Source of the DNA: Lama glama
Taxonomy: Eukaryota
NCBI GenBank assembly: GCA_028534125.1
Contig: CM052829.1
Location: forward strand, 930,001 to 994,000
Reading direction: 5' to 3'
Length of the DNA: 64,000 bases
This document shows, in pieces, positions 49,850-60,639 of this stretch. How positions within the stretch are numbered: the stretch's first letter is position 1; every line of letters starts with the position of its first letter. A program made the position numbers and the translations under genes. The notes beneath the pieces were generated by a model, which saw only the letters and a program-made list of their open reading frames with translations, searched no databases and was not told where the DNA came from.

Positions 49850-50680
49850 TAATTTTATTAATTTTTCATACTTTCTGATTTCTCTCCTCTTTGTACTTTT
49901 CTATTTTATTGAAGTTTACCCTGCCTTTTATAATTTGCTTTCTTAGAAATATTCCGGATTTAATTAACTCTTCTTTCTCTAGCTTCTTAAGTTGAATCTA
50001 GATCGATGCTTTTACACCTTTCTTCTTCTTTAATGCAACTCTTTAAAGCTACAGATTTCCCTCTGTGTCCTGCATTAGCAACATCTCACACATTTACTAG
50101 GCTATGTTTCCATTATTTTTTAGTTCAAAATATATCTTAATGTCTATTTCATTTTCTTCCTTGTCTATTTTTATTCCAAATGACTTTACTTAATTTCCAA
50201 ATGTTTGAGAAATTTTTGAATATGATTGTTATTACTTTGTAATTTAATGCTGTTATGGTCAAAGGTTTTTTTTTCTTTAATTGTTTCAGTCTTTCAAATT
50301 GACTGAAGTTTGCATCATGGTAAAAAATGTAATCTATCTTTGTAAATTTCAAGTGCACTTGAAAAAATATATTTTCTGTGTTCAGGTCTAGTGCTCCAGA
50401 AACATCAGACAGTTTAAGTTGCTTCATGCTCTTGTTCCAGTCTTTTATATCTTTTCTAATAGTTGAATTAAAATAGTATTCATTTCCTGATATCAGTCCA
50501 ATTTATATGGTCCCATACTATATAATTTCTTTATTTTTTCATCAAATTATTTTATGTGTTATAAAAATACGAGCATACTATACATTCAACAGAATGCTTT
50601 CTCTATTTTATTTGTCGTTTGTTAGCGTAATAGTAATATCTGAAGGCATTCACTTCTGCAAGTGTCGTATTTCTTATCTG
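49850..50680 (-). mobile_element. Ancient L1 (L1ME-like) ORF2 5' region
   Basis: AT-rich; TTTCTCTAGCTTCTTAAGTTG...TTTAAAGCTACAGATTTCCCTCT...GCATTAGCAACATCTCACACATTT antisense L1 pattern. Confidence 0.7.
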
Positions 50681-51315
50681 CATCATTTTTGCCTTTTCTG
50701 TTTGGTTAGTACGCACACATGCTTTATTGTCACCCATCTTATGTAGAAGAGCAAACCCCGAAACAACTTTCAAGCCCATGTCCTCCTCCCACAAGAGCCC
50801 ACCTTTCTTTTCTCCTTCCTGGCCCTACTCCTTCAAGGAATGAATTACACTCACTGAACCCCATTTATCATCTTCATTTTCCTCTCAATTCACTCCAATT
50901 TTACTTCCTTTTTAGCCCACTAAACAATTTTTTGCAAAGCCCCTTTTTGTCTTTTTAATGCAACTTTTAATAATCTGATTGATCATGAAATGCAATATTC
51001 AATCGTAGAAACTACAGAAGAAACAGCAAGAGACATGAGACATTCACACACACACAAAATGTGTCGCTTACAAAATGTCTGACCAAAAAAAGCCTAAAAA
51101 TGAGACTGGCATCATCTTTGCTAGTTTTCTTCTATTTTCCCCAAAATAGGTTTATGTAATTGACTGTTGGCTTTTCCATGTACTGCTTTTACTTACTTTA
51201 TGTGATGAAATACAAGTCGATAAAAGTAGCATTTGATCGTTTAGAGCACTTGAAACACCCTTTTCTCTGTGTTTTTAATATGCCACCCTCCCCTAGTTTT
51301 TAATGCTCCCTTTCT

Positions 51316-51420
51316 TTTTTTGTTTTTTGGGTTTTTTTTTAATTGAGTTATAGTCAGTTCACAATGCTATGTCAGTTTCTGGTGCACAGCACAGTGCTCC
51401 AGGCATGCATGAATATACAT
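51316..51420 (-). mobile_element. Short 5'-truncated camelid-type L1 tail with 15-bp TSD
   Basis: Poly-T then TTGAGTTATAGTCAGTTCACAATGCTATGTCAGTTTCTGGTGCACAGCA; flanks TAATGCTCCCTTTCT (51301-51315) and TAACTTTCCCTTTCT (51421-51435). Confidence 0.8.
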
Positions 51421-51529
51421 TAACTTTCCCTTTCTAATTTTGATTTTTTAAAGAATCAAGTCCTGTCCCAGTTTCTTTCCCCAGTTGAGTCCTCCTGTTT
51501 CCCATGCTTTATGTATCGTCTTTACACTT

Positions 51530-52290
51530 ACAACTCTCAGTTTGCATCTCCAGCCTGAACTTTACCCCTGAGCTGCAGAATGACAGGTCCACTGGCTACT
51601 GCAGTGGTCCGTGTGTGGTAATGGACGGCTCAGGCTTAGCAGGACCCAAACTGGACATGTAATTCAGCCTCCCCCAGCTACTCATTCTTAAGTCCAGTGC
51701 TCACACTTGTAAGATTTCATTATCTCAGTTATTTGGGACAAATATTTGGGGCACAAATCTGCTCCTCATTTTTCTGTCATCTAATAGCCATACTGATCTT
51801 TCAAAATCATAGATGCAATCATGTTACTCTCTGCTAAGATTCTCCAATGGTTTCCCATTTCACTTAAGGTACAAATCAAATGTACCATCTAAAATGCTCT
51901 GTGTGATATGCGCCCCCTCCACTCAGACTTTACCCCATCCCCTCTGGCTCTTCCTCCGTGATCCAGGTACATCAGCACCAAATACCCTGAACACAGTCTT
52001 GTCTCAGAGCGTCTGCCTGAATTAATCTTCCCTGAGGATGCTCTGCCTTCAGATCTTCTTAGAGCTGTTCTTTACTGTTCAGACTTTTATGCCAAAGTCA
52101 CCTCTTCCGAGAGCCTAGCCTCACCCTGCATCCCGCAGCAGCTCTCTCCCTCTTCAGCCTTGTTCATCGTCTCCGCGGTGCCCACGAGGACCTGGACCCC
52201 TTGCCCAGCTTCTTTTCCTGCAGTCACTGGGTTCAGGGCAGCGTCTCCAGCACACCAAGAGCTCTCACGTGGTGTTTTATCAGTAGAGTA
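51530..52290 (+). mobile_element. L2 (LINE2) fragment
   Basis: TTGCATCTCCAGCCTGAACTTTACCCCTGAGCTGCAGA...GATCTTTCAAAA...ATCATGTTACTCTCTGCTAAGATTCTCCAATGGTTTCCCATTTCACTTA. Confidence 0.75.
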
Positions 52291-52319
52291 TTCAGCTTTC
52301 ACTTGTGGGGAGAGAAATG

Positions 52320-52522
52320 AGCATGGCTTTTAGGGTAGACAGTCTACCTGAGCTTGACCCTAACTTACAGTGGGACCTGAGCAAGAGGAAGAACCTCTAC
52401 GGCCAAGATTCCTCATCTGACCTGGGAATAACAGTACGTACTCAACAGGGTTGTTTTGAGGCTTCACAAAATAGTGTGTTTTCCTGGCATGTAGGAGTTG
52501 CCCCAAAATAATTAGTCATTAG
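52320..52522 (+). mobile_element. MIR
   Basis: GACCTGAGCAAG...AACCTCT...TTCCTCATCTG...GGGAATAACAGTAC...CAGGGTTGTTTTGAGG. Confidence 0.7.
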
Positions 52523-52959
52523 AAACTATTTTTGTTGCCTTTATTAGAGTTTACAGTCCTAGGATCAGTACGTACTGTTCCATCAGCTCATTTGACAAAC
52601 ATATAGAGTAACTTGGGAAATGTGCTTCTGGGGCAAAATGCGTGAGGATGAAGGCCCTCCCGTCTGCTGAACAAGACGTCGGTCATGGAAGCCATGGGCA
52701 CGGTTTAACACGTGCTCTGTGATCTCCGTGTTGTGCGTGTATTCCATGTCCCTCCATACATCAGCTATTTAGTAAACTGCATTGACAGAGCATAATGGCG
52801 ACACTGGGCGGCGGGTGCTGGCGTGGGGCCCCGGCGCGGGAGGAGTGACGCGCCCGCTTTGTTACTGTTTCAGGCACCTTCTCTCTTTCCAGGAAAATTA
52901 CTTTGAATCTGGGCTTGTCAAAAGGTTCTATAAGACTCCTTAAATTTTTCTTAATTAAA

Positions 52960-53270
52960 AAATTATTATAATATGTTTAAAATTTTAATCTTCACCTCAT
53001 TCTATCGCTTTATGACTAGAATACACAGCAAAATCAAAACCTGTACAAGCTCCTCCCCCAACATTCCCGATGAGGAATTCAATCCCATGGAATCACGGAG
53101 ACTTGGCTGCATTAGTCAGACGTCTACTGTAACAATCAATTTATTAACTTTGATGTTCATATTAATTTAAAATAGCGTGTTATGAAAATAATATGTTTAT
53201 CTGGAGACACTACTTTGCTCTAATTATCCTGTGATGTAAGTTTACTCTGAGTCACAGGCATTACCTGAGC
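52960..53270. promoter_or_regulatory. AT-rich unique element with clustered TF motifs (candidate enhancer/CNE)
   Basis: AACAAT 53131, CTTTGAT 53148, TGTTTAT 53194, TAATTA 53221, TGAGTCA 53248; no repeat similarity seen. Confidence 0.4.
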
Positions 53271-53479
53271 AGCAGGCTGTCACCCTCAGAGCCGCTTCAT
53301 CCTCACCTCCCACGTCTTTCGAAGCTGTTGGAGCGAAGGCACTTTTTAAAGGTCTATAACCTGCCATCGCTGGAAAATTGACACCAAGTTACGCCCACTT
53401 TCTGCACAGCATTCAAGTCATTTTTTCATTTTCTTCTTTTTTCAGGTGTCATTCCTTAAAGTCAAAACAGAGCTCCCCC

Positions 53480-54230
53480 CGAGGAGTTTCAGAGCGTTCG
53501 CTAAAAGCGCGTGCGCAGCTGCTTCCCGCGTTCGAGGCTGTAGTCCCAGGGGTGATGGCGACATCGGTGCTGAAACTCTTCACCTTTTCGTAAAGCCGAT
53601 TTCATCAGCGACCTAAGCTGCCGACTTCAGCATCGCTGGACATCACTTCTGGCAAATACAACTTCCGGGTACGGTTTGTCAGCAAAATAATTAAGATGCC
53701 GTAATGGAAGCGGCCAGTATTTGCTGGGGCTGACCAGGTGCTGGACGCGGTTTTACACCCTCGCAGGCGCTGACTCACCCGGGCCTCTCAGCCACGGTGT
53801 GACGCGCAGATTCCCTTTACCCTCCCGGGTGAGGAAGGCGAGGGCTGCAGAGGTGACTCCCCCGAAGCTCCCAGAGCTGCTCACACCCCAGTTGTCCCTC
53901 CGAACAATCCAGCAGCATGTCCTCCTGGGCCACGAGGACGCAACAGGGAAGGTGTGCAAGGACCAAAGGAAGCCACGGCCGGGTGAGCTCCGGGGGAGGC
54001 AAATCGGCAGCAGCCGTGCCCCGCAGAGGACGCGCCGCGCTCGGTCGGGCCTCGGGGGGGCCTCGGGGGGCCTCGCTCACGCGCTCGGCGGACGCGCAGG
54101 AAAACTGCAGGCCCTCGTGGGGGACGCGGCGGGCAGCGCTCAGCCAGCCTCTCGCCCGCCCAGCTCGGGCTCCCGTCTGCCTCAAACTGGCGCACGTGAA
54201 CTCGAAGGCGTGATTCCAACGGTCACACCC
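53480..54230. promoter_or_regulatory. CpG island
   Basis: CpG retained even in the moderate-GC left part (53480-53720) and dense at 53970-54200. Confidence 0.6.
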
Positions 54231-54872
54231 ACCCAAAGGGAACGAAACACCGGGCTTTCAGGGTTTTTTTAAAAAAAAGCTTGCAAAAGGAAGGTGGTCT
54301 GGGAAGTTCAGAGAAACGTTAAGGGGGCCACCAACGCATCCCTTAAACGAATAAATGCAAACCGGCTTCAGAAAGAGAGGAAAGAACTGTTTAACACTTA
54401 ACAGCTTCTCTCCAGCACAAAGAGAACTCCCGCAGTGATATATGGCACCCCCCGGAGCCCTTCAACCCCCAGGCTCGCACTTAGACCTGCTGTATTTCTT
54501 TTCCAGTGTGCACACGCTGACCGCGGAGCCATTTGGCCGCCCTGACTAATGGACGCCGCTCCTCACGCGCCCCTGTGACCCGGCGTGCCATCCGGCTCAG
54601 CTCCTTTGAACGCAGGGGTCCTTTACTGTGCAGAGTTTTATTGGAGGTTCCACCGCTGATGTCTGCACTCCTCCGCCCAGAAAAAAGCCCACCGACAGAC
54701 ACGTGCACGTTTACACACTTAACTGAGAGCCAGGAACGCTAACCTCCAAGAACAGAAACGGGTTATTTTAAACTCCGCTCTAAAATTGAAGCTAAACGTT
54801 CTTTCATTTTGCTTAATAATTTTATAGCATGTTTTACAAATTGCATTTATGTAGAGAATCTTTACCTTTTCT

Positions 54873-54874
54873 AA

Positions 54875-54906
<32 letters not shown>

Positions 54907-54952
54907 AAAAGAGAGAGAGAAAGAGAAGAAAAGAAAGAAAGAAAGAAAGAAA
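54873..54952. repeat. (GAAA)n/(GA)n polypurine microsatellite
   Basis: 80-bp pure purine tract AAAAGAAAGAAAGAAA...GAGAGAGAGA...GAAAGAAA. Confidence 0.95.
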
Positions 54953-55943
54953 GGGCAAGGGAACCAGGACGGTCCTGAGGATGGAGAATCTCTTTACAAA
55001 GTCTTTACAATATTTAAGGGTCACCAGAAGCACCTGCGCCCTCAGAGTTCCTGCTGGTGGGTATAAGGCATCGTTTATTATGTGGTGAAGCAAACAGTGG
55101 CTCCGAACCTCGGCGGCCTGAAGCTCGCCGCACTCCACTGCTGCTCAGCCACGGGGCCAAGCCCCGAGGCTTGCGGGGGCCCCGTGTCGCCCCGTGTCTC
55201 CCCGCGGCTCCCTGGCTGCGTGGCTGGAGAAGCGGAGGGGGCAGTCCCAGCAGGCCCCACCGCCACTTCCCCAGTTTTCCTGCAGGTCACTTCAGGGACC
55301 CCCTCCCTACAACGAGGCCGCTCCATGTGGCTCTGCCCCTGGGGTCTCCAGCAGGGCCCTGGGGTCTAGATGGCAGCTCAGGCCAGGCCCCAGACAGCCA
55401 TTGTTTCACTTACCCCTCAGCTCACAGGGAGGGCCAGACCAGAGGCCAGGTGCACCGGGGACACCAGGTAACAAACACCACAGGCCTTGACGTGGAAGCT
55501 GGCTGTCACTCTGTTATTCATAAAGCAGACAGGTGTTTCTGCCTGATGGCTTATTGTTGTTGAAACACTTCATCTACCACGTTTCACGTCACTCATGCTT
55601 CCTGTGCCTCCGCAGATGCTGGGCGCTCACTTGGCAGCAGCGGGATGGCTTTGTTCGCCACTCTGGATTATCATTTTCCCTGTGACACCTGCTACGTTAC
55701 TGGCTTTACTATCGCTACCTAACACGCTTGTTGCGTAAACTTCCTACTGTGCAAGTCGGCGACATGCTGGGCTGGCCCCTCGGTTGCTGTGACTCGGACC
55801 CAAGGACTCTGGCTCTGACTGCAGCTCAGTTCAGGGGAGCGTTTGCCCAGCGGTGGTCTCCTTATCCAGCAGCAGAACTCCCGGAGGGAACCCGCCCGCT
55901 CGCCTAACGCCTCTCCTACGTTGATGTTCCTGTGGTTGTCCAC

Positions 55944-55996
55944 TGTGTGTGTGCATGTGTGCATGCACGCATGTGTGTGTGCGTGTGTGCATACAC
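55944..55996. repeat. Imperfect (TG)n alternating purine-pyrimidine tract
   Basis: TGTGTGTGTGCATGTGTGCATGCACGCATGTGTGTGTGCGTGTGTGCATACAC. Confidence 0.85.
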
Positions 55997-56389
55997 GGCA
56001 TCACACCATTGAAATACCCAGACCTGCGCATCAGAGCACTTTGAGTCTCCCATTCTCAGGGTATCTCCATGAACTATTAGGAGTGAACTGAAGAAAACTT
56101 CACTTTTGCAGTAAATACACACACACATACATACGTCATCTTAATGGTAAAGAAGAACCACCAGGTGGGAAAATGAACCAGCTCGCCCCAATAAACAGAC
56201 GAGGAACAGCAAGACACAGAGATTAGCCAGGACCCCAGCAAAGGGCCCAGTGTATTGTTGAGAAACAGTTCTCAGTCAATACACAGGTATATATTCATAG
56301 GCATTAAATATTTGGATTATGCACATTTCTGGGGCACTGACCTTTCTCTAAATATTGTCTCCCTCTCTTCAGCTCCAGGATGGACCACA

Positions 56390-57875
56390 GCTTAACTCAT
56401 AAAACAATGGGTCATTGAACTAAATGTAAGAGCTGAAGTTATAAAAATTTTTAAAGAAAACGGAAGAAATTTTTGAATTGGTTAAACAAATATTTCTTAG
56501 ATAAAACACCAAACGCACAGTTCTTGAAAGAAAAAAATTGATAGATTGGACTTCATCAAAATTGAAAATATTTGTGCTTCAGAGACACCATGAAAAGAAT
56601 AAAAATCAAGCCACAGGCTGGGCAAAAATATTTGCAAATTTTACTTCTTACAAAGGGTTGTATTGCAAATCTCTAAAGAATTCTTATAAATCAGTAATAA
56701 GAGTACAGACAAACCAATTGAAAATGGGCAAAATTATAGACATTTTATCAAAGGAGATCAAAGAATAATGAGGAAGTGAAAGGACGTTCAGCATCCTTAG
56801 TCGTTAAGGAAGTGCTGACTGAAGTCTCACTGCGACGCCTCTTCACACACGGGAATGGCTGCAGTGACAAAGCGATCCAAAGAAATAAACGTGTGTCCAT
56901 GGAAAACTTGCACCCAGAGGCTCACAGTGGTTTGTCCACCAGAAGCAAAGCGTGGAAAGGACCAAAATGCTCATCAACTTGTGAGTGGAGGAAGTGTGTG
57001 GTGTGTCCATGCCGGGGAAAACCATTCAAGACTAGAAGATTAAACCACCTGCTACAACACAGTGGAAACTTAAAACCTTTGTGCTAAGTTAATGGAGCTA
57101 AATTCAAAAGACAGTATGCTCTTTTATTCACATAAAATATCCAGAAAACATTCATTTAATAGAGAGAAAATGCAGATTAGTGGATGCCTGGGGTTTAGGT
57201 GGAAATGGGGTACACGAGGTCTTTGTGGGTGATTGGATTGTGGAAACGGTTGTGTAGTAAGAAAGAACGATCCTGACTCCACATGAGATCTGTTTCTTTG
57301 GCTCTAACCCCATGCTCTGTGTCCTGGGCTGCGTCCTGCTGGTTCTGCACCTTTTCTAAAAGAATGTTGCCTAGAGCCTGAAATATGTAAGCAAGCCCAT
57401 TCTGCACGCTCTGTCCGTTAAAGGTGTAAAACTGTTCCATTCATATAGGGATAAAGTTGCAGAACAGAGAACAGCATCTGTCTTCTTGGAGGTTTACAGG
57501 AACACCATGACCTGACCCACATGGACAGTTGCAAGAATAAAGGATTTCAACACCAAGAAGTTTGCAACAACCAACCACACCCTCTCCCCTTTGTAGTACA
57601 AAAGGAGCCTGAATTCTGACTTGGGGAAGATGGTTCTCCAGGACATTAGTCCCCCATCTTTTCGGTCTGCTGGCTTTCTGAATAAAGTCACTTTTCCTTG
57701 CCCCAACACCTCGTGTCCTGATTTACTGGCCTGTCATGCAGCGAGCAGAGTGAGTTTGGGCTCAGTAACAGTTGTACAACATAAATGACTCTGTACATTT
57801 ATAAAAAATCTTTGACTTGTACACTTAAAAGAGGTAAATTTTATATCATGGAAAGTCAACTTCAAAAAGCTGTTC
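56390..57875 (+). mobile_element. Old L1 (L1MB-like) ORF2 3' part and 3' UTR, split by an LTR at 57253-57770
   Basis: ACTAAATGTAAGAGCTGAA...ATTGGACTTCATCAAAATTGAAAA...AAAATATTTGCAAAT; resumes after the LTR with TTGTACACTTAAAAGAGGTAAATTTTAT. Confidence 0.85.
57253..57770 (+). mobile_element. ERV1 solo LTR (MER41-like), 518 bp, 4-bp TSD GTTG
   Basis: Starts TG(TAGTAAG), ends (GTAA)CA; GTTG at 57249-57252 and 57771-57774; AATAAA near 57681 in GCTGGCTTTCTGAATAAAGTCAC...CCTTGCCCCAACACCTCG; family name from memory. Confidence 0.85.
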
Positions 57876-58214
57876 AAACAAAAGATCCAGGTGCAGATGG
57901 CTGTAAAGAGCCCATTCCCTGAACCCCAGGGGACAAAAGTGCATTTGTTCTCTCTCCGCAACATCAGCCATCTCCACCGCTGACGGCCCTACAAGGATTA
58001 GAGTGAAATAGAATGAAAGTGACACAAGAGACAGGGCTGACCGTCGACAGGGGGCTCTGTGGTTGTAAGGTGTCTGGGGCCGAGGTCAGCGCAGATGCGG
58101 GGGCAGAAAGCCTGACTGCACTGGAGCTCCAGGAACCTGGCACACCGCTGCAGGTTCTGTCTGTTTTCTTGGCACATGTGTGGATGCAAGGAGATCGTAC
58201 TGGCTGGGGAGCCC

Positions 58215-58310
58215 TTGAGATGCAAAGACACACACACTGATTGAAAGTAAGAAGATGGAAAATCATGCATGCAAACGGTGCCCATGACAAAGGAGGAGCA
58301 GCTAACCACT
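58215..58310 (+). mobile_element. L1 ORF2 endonuclease fragment
   Basis: Translates as LKVRRWKIMHANGAHDKGGAA, cf. L1 EN LKVKGWKKIYHANGNQKKAGVA. Confidence 0.55.
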
Positions 58311-60639
58311 CTCGGAAGGAACAGACTTGGTGGAGGTCCCACCTTCCCGCCTCCCTGGATAGAAAACATCAAACGAGAGCAACAGTGTCATTAAAACGTA
58401 CCATCCCCGAGATCACGCAGGCTCATAAAATGCATCTGATAAACTGAGATAAGAAGGCAAACTTCAGTGCAGCTTTAAAAGGGCTGAGATCACATGTGTT
58501 TATGCCTTGCAATTTTAAGACACTTTGACATGGATTTATTAAAAGTTATGTGTGTTAATTTTATTTACAATTTTACGAAGTCTTGGAGATCTTATTGCAT
58601 TGCTCCATCCCCACTAAATACGTCAGACTTTATAGTTCTCAGAAATTTCTTTTTAAATGCAATGTTTATTCTTCCTCATAAATAACTATATTAAAGGCCT
58701 TCTAAAAATTTAGCTGATTTCCAAGTGCTGAGCAATAATGTTAAGGATGCTACGGAAGACCACAGGACCAGGGAGCAAGCCGTCCACCCACTTTACAAAC
58801 CCTTGGCCAGACCTTCTGTGAGAGCAGCTGTGTCCTGGAGAGGCTCAGTCAGGCCAGTGCCCCCACGTCTGGGGCGGCTAAAGGCTTGGGAGTGGTCCTG
58901 CATCCGGGCCAGGCACACAGGGCCTCGGCATCCCACACACCTTGCTGTGCACGGGCGCTGCTGGCCTCCGGGTCTCCCAGGGAAGGGCCGCCCGGCATGT
59001 GTGACTGCAGCTTTCTGCTGACGTCCCCAAACACTGAACACATTCTGTCAGCAAAGGGTAAAGGCCGCCGGACACTTCACGGCAGCATTTTGGTCTCAAA
59101 AGTAGCAATGCTGGTGGCTTAGTGGCAGCCCCCGCAGGGTGAGGGGAGGAAGAGCCTTGCCTCGAGGCTGTTTTCCCTAGTGTGGACCAGCGACTTTAAA
59201 TTACTAAACAAGACAAGTGACTCATGGAACGCTGCCAGTGATGCAGTTACATGTCACCACGCCCCTGGCAAGCACGAGGAGAAAGTGGTTTACGTCCGCG
59301 GAGAGGAGCTCCAGGCCTGCCCTCACCCCATGCACCCTGCTCGTTGGCGAGGTCGGGAAGCTGCCCTCGGAAGCACCTGGCCAAGGAGAGCTCGCCGGAT
59401 GCTCCTCCATGTCCTCTCCTCTCCGTGATAACCAGCCGTGGGTCGGTGACGCACCAGGCGGTGTGTCCCTCCATCACCCTCTGCGGCCCTCAGCCCTCTG
59501 CTCTCGGACAGGGACCCACCGCGTGCTTTCTCCGCCCGCCCATCGTCCTGGGCACACGGCTGGGAAGGGCATCGTCACCGCCCCGGCGCCCCTTCCTTCA
59601 GATCCCAGCCTGGCCTCGGCGTCGCGCACTCAGCCCGGGCTCGCTCGCTGACCCCCGGCTAGTGCACTGTCCTGCTTCTCACGCGCTGGCTGTCCCCTGC
59701 AAATGGGGTGACACCCAGATCCCGTGCCACCGTGGCAGGGTGACGTGAGTTCACAGGGTTCAGAGTGCCTGCAGTGCACCAGCGCGCGGGCAGGAGAGGC
59801 CGGGGATGCTGGCGGGGGCTCGGAGTCGGGCCGGCGGGGTGGCGGGCGGCCAGTCGTGGTGCTGGGAGTACTGGCTGCTGGGGTGGTGTCGGAACTGATA
59901 AGTACTGGCCTGGGGGTGTGACTGGTAGCAGTACTGGGCGTCCCAGTGCTGGCGGTGGCCGCCGTCTCAGCAGCGGGACTAACGGGGTGCATCCCACTGC
60001 AGGAAACAAGACACTGGCCCCAGTTTTGACCTAAGTCAGTAGCACGTGCACCCCTCCTGACGGGGATCTGGGCTCTCACCCTGGAGGCGCTGCCAGCTGG
60101 GCACACGGCCTCGCTCACATTTACACACGAGAAGGGGGGACCACGTGCCCCCGCCCACCCCACTGGCCCGCGTGGCCCCGTACCAGAACCCCACCCACCC
60201 GGCAGCTCCAGCAGCAGACGCAGCCCGTCTCAGTGTGGAGACCGGGAAGGACCTGCTGGAAGCCCCCTTGGACAGCAGTGTCCTTAGTAGACGGCCCTGG
60301 GGTGTGGGTCAAACGCGTGCGCGCAAAGATGGGCCCGCGCCGCCGCGGCCCGGGAACACAGTGCGCGCATCCTCGGGCTGCGGCCGCGAATGGGGTCGGG
60401 TCCCAGGCCTGCACTGCGCCCTCGTCCTGCTGGGACACGTCGGTCTCTACCAGGGTCTTTGCCTTTAAGGACGCCGGGTTCTGTACCTCCACCAGGAGCG
60501 TCTCACCTGTCATCTCCACTTACCCGCGTGACACAGTGAGCACAGGGCGCAGCCCCGCCCAGGTGAGGGAGACCGCGGCGCGCAGACCTCCTGCGCCCCC
60601 TCCTCCCTCCCGTCTGGCGCGTCCTCTGGGTTTTACCGC

